From assembly GCA_043228905.1 (NCBI GenBank), contig JBHGNT010000007.1:12338001-12402000 (forward strand): a stretch of DNA of 64,000 bases, read 5' to 3'. The position numbers and the translations under genes were made by a program. Positions 61,907 to 64,000 of this stretch are shown here, piece by piece; the stretch's first letter is position 1, and each line of letters opens with the position of its first letter. The notes beneath the pieces were generated by a model. It searched no databases, was not told where the DNA came from, and worked only from the letters and a program-made list of their open reading frames with translations. Origin of the DNA: Azolla caroliniana (Eukaryota > Plantae > Polypodiophyta).

Positions 61907-62200
61907 AGAGAGAGAGAGAGAGAGAGAGAAGACAAGAATTGGAAATGAGATTATATTATGAGGAAACGAGGTTACAAAGAGTAGGCTACGGGCTATATAC
62001 TGGTGTTGAACCGAATGAGTTGTGATGAATGAATAGACACCTATTTATAGGTCCTTATGGAGTATTCTAGAATGTTCTAGAATATTTTAGATATTTATGA
62101 TATTTAATATAATCATGGAATATCCTAGAATGTTCTAGAATACTCTAAATAGCTTGTAATAACTAATAATATATTTATTATAACTATACATCATATATGT

Positions 62201-62256
62201 TATTATAATGGTTAAAGGTTTAACAAATAGACCAAAACGTCTTGGGCTCGAATCCT
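62201..62256 (+). promoter_or_regulatory. tRNA-like A-box/B-box cassette, antisense in chromovirus-2 U3
   Basis: TATTATAATGGTTAAAG...ACGTCTTGGGCTCGAATCC, same spacing as the 21046 cassette. Confidence 0.55.
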
Positions 62257-63645
62257 TGTAAGGCCAAAATGTATGTCTTCATGACATTATCCCCCCTTTT
62301 CGACAACGAGTTCCACGAGTCGGAAGACAAGTTTTCGGACTTGGCTTATGGGGATATTTGTTGTGAAACGTAGCAACCATTTCCGAGGCATTACCAAGAT
62401 TCTCGAGAGGTTCCCATGTTCGATCATTAGGTGTATAACCTAGCCAGTCAACCAAATAATACAGTTTGTTGCGAATGATCTTGGAGTCGAGAATGGCAGC
62501 AACTTCATCTTCGGAGCCATCTGAAACTTCGATTGAAGGTGGGGGAGATGTAAGACGGTCTAGAATAGAGCTGGTTGTGTACGGCTCCAAAAGTGAAACA
62601 TGGAAGACCGGGTGAAGATGCATATGAGGGGGAGATCAAGGTGAAATTCCACATCATTGATCTTACCAGATATACATATGGGCCAAAACATTGATAATCC
62701 AATTTGCAGCAAGGTCGGGTTGTTTTAATGCGACCTTGTAAAAGCCATACTCGATCTCCCACTTGAAATGTAGTTGATGAATCAAATCGATGACGGTTGG
62801 CAACCTTCTTTTGAGTGTTTTGAGCTTCACATAAATAGTCCAAAGGATATCTTGAACTTCTTGGAGTTGGGTGAGCTGATCTTCAGCAACCGGGTTTGTC
62901 GGGAGTTTGGGATGTTCATGCATAGTCAACGAGGATGGTACCCAAAATTTGCAAAAAATGGGGAATATCCAGTAGAAGAATGTTCCGAGTTGTTGTAAGC
63001 AAATTCCGCCAAATGTAATAGATCAACCCAATCATCTTGTTGATAATTGACAAAACAATGAGGATATTGTTCTACTATTTGGTTGGTGCACGCCGGGAGA
63101 GAGTTTGCAAGAAGTATGTAAGAGTTTGAACATGTGCCACCAAAATTTTGAGATGAACTAGGGACCCCGATCATTGATAATATCATTGGGAAGACCATGA
63201 TACCGAAACACCTCTTGCATGAGTAACTCAGCTGTCTCTTGGCTCGTAATGGCCTTTGTGCAAGGAAGAAAATGTGCCATCTTCGTAAAACGAACTACTA
63301 CCGTGAGAATAGAATCAAAACCCTTGGAAGGTGGTAGATCCGTAATGAAGTCCAATGAAATAGATTTCCATGGACTCTCAGAAATAGGCATTGGTTGTAA
63401 TGAGCCATATGGATGATGTCAAGGTTTCTTGGATCGGCAACATGTATCACAACTACGAACATAATCCGTAACAAAATGGCGAAGTCGTGGCCACCAATAC
63501 CTTCGAGAAATTAACGCCAAAGTCTTGTGGATGCCGGAATGTCCAGCCATTGGTGTGTCATGACATTGTTGCAAGACTTGGAGTCAAGAAGGACCATCAG
63601 GCACATATAAGAGATTTTGTCGAAAAAGTAAACCATCATGCCAAT

Positions 63646-64000
63646 TGACGGGAACTCAATGCTCCCTATACGCAACGCTCGGCCAGCACCGAGCTTAGGA
63701 TCATACACAGAAAACGGGAAATAAACACGACAAGAAGAAGAAGAGAATACACAGGAGGTTTACATGGAAAACCCCAAACTAGGGGAAAAAACCACGGCAG
63801 CCCACAGGCTGCAAACTGTCACAATGTAGGAATATACAACAGTGAGTTCACTGAGGCACCGACCTCGTGCTCACGTATCTTCGCCACAGGCGGTGGTTAC
63901 AACAAAGGCAGCGACCTCTTTCTCTCTCTCTCTCTCTCTGTACAGTTACGCACACTAATCTCATGCAAAACAGAAAATGACAACAACAACCAAAAGTTTG
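63646..64000 (-). mobile_element. LTR of a Copia-2-family element inserted in chromovirus-2, running off the window
   Basis: TGACGGGAACT...CACAGAAAACGGGAAATAAA...CCCACAGGCTGCAAACTGTC matches the 14158/19593 LTRs. Confidence 0.92.

Larger units (their letters stand above)
57299..63645 (-). mobile_element. Second Tcn1-like chromovirus (INT-chromodomain 62279-63640; 3' LTR split into 61907-62286 and ~57299-57356 by a LINE)
   Basis: SLDFITDLPPSKGFDSIL; chromodomain DEVAAILDSK..YLVDWLGY..RTWEP; PPT AAAAGGGGGGATAA followed by TGTCATGA. Confidence 0.85.

Noticed and set aside
63641-63645. CCAAT beside the last LTR as a PBS remnant
   Set aside because: Equally explained by host chromovirus codons (W-H-D-G); the partner TSD is outside the window

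Overview
Eukaryotic plant genomic DNA. A non-seed vascular plant such as a fern is inferred from the Tcn1-like chromoviruses, an RTEX-like LINE and a TE-filled intron. The window holds one host gene: a 7-exon VPS36 (ESCRT-II) at 1732-11822 (+), about 440 aa, with a Copia element in its 8-kb first intron and a GC-AG last intron. It is preceded by the 3' end of a probable MULE (SWIM zinc finger). From about 12 kb onward the window is nested retroelements: several Ty1/Copia elements with LTRs and TSDs, two Tcn1-like chromoviruses, non-chromovirus Gypsy remnants, three related solo-LTR-like inserts and an RTEX-like LINE. The most notable signals are: (1) antisense tRNA-like A-box/B-box cassettes with tRNA spacing in the U3 of three different LTR families; (2) a tRNA-independent self-priming site and a -1 frameshift signal in the chromovirus; (3) solo-LTR-like inserts whose junctions fit TTGTCG...CGACAA at a GCGTT target; (4) a Copia with two pol copies between one LTR pair; (5) a LINE inserted into a (GA)n tract inside an LTR. 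All coordinates were read by eye, and family names rest on motif recognition, not database searches.
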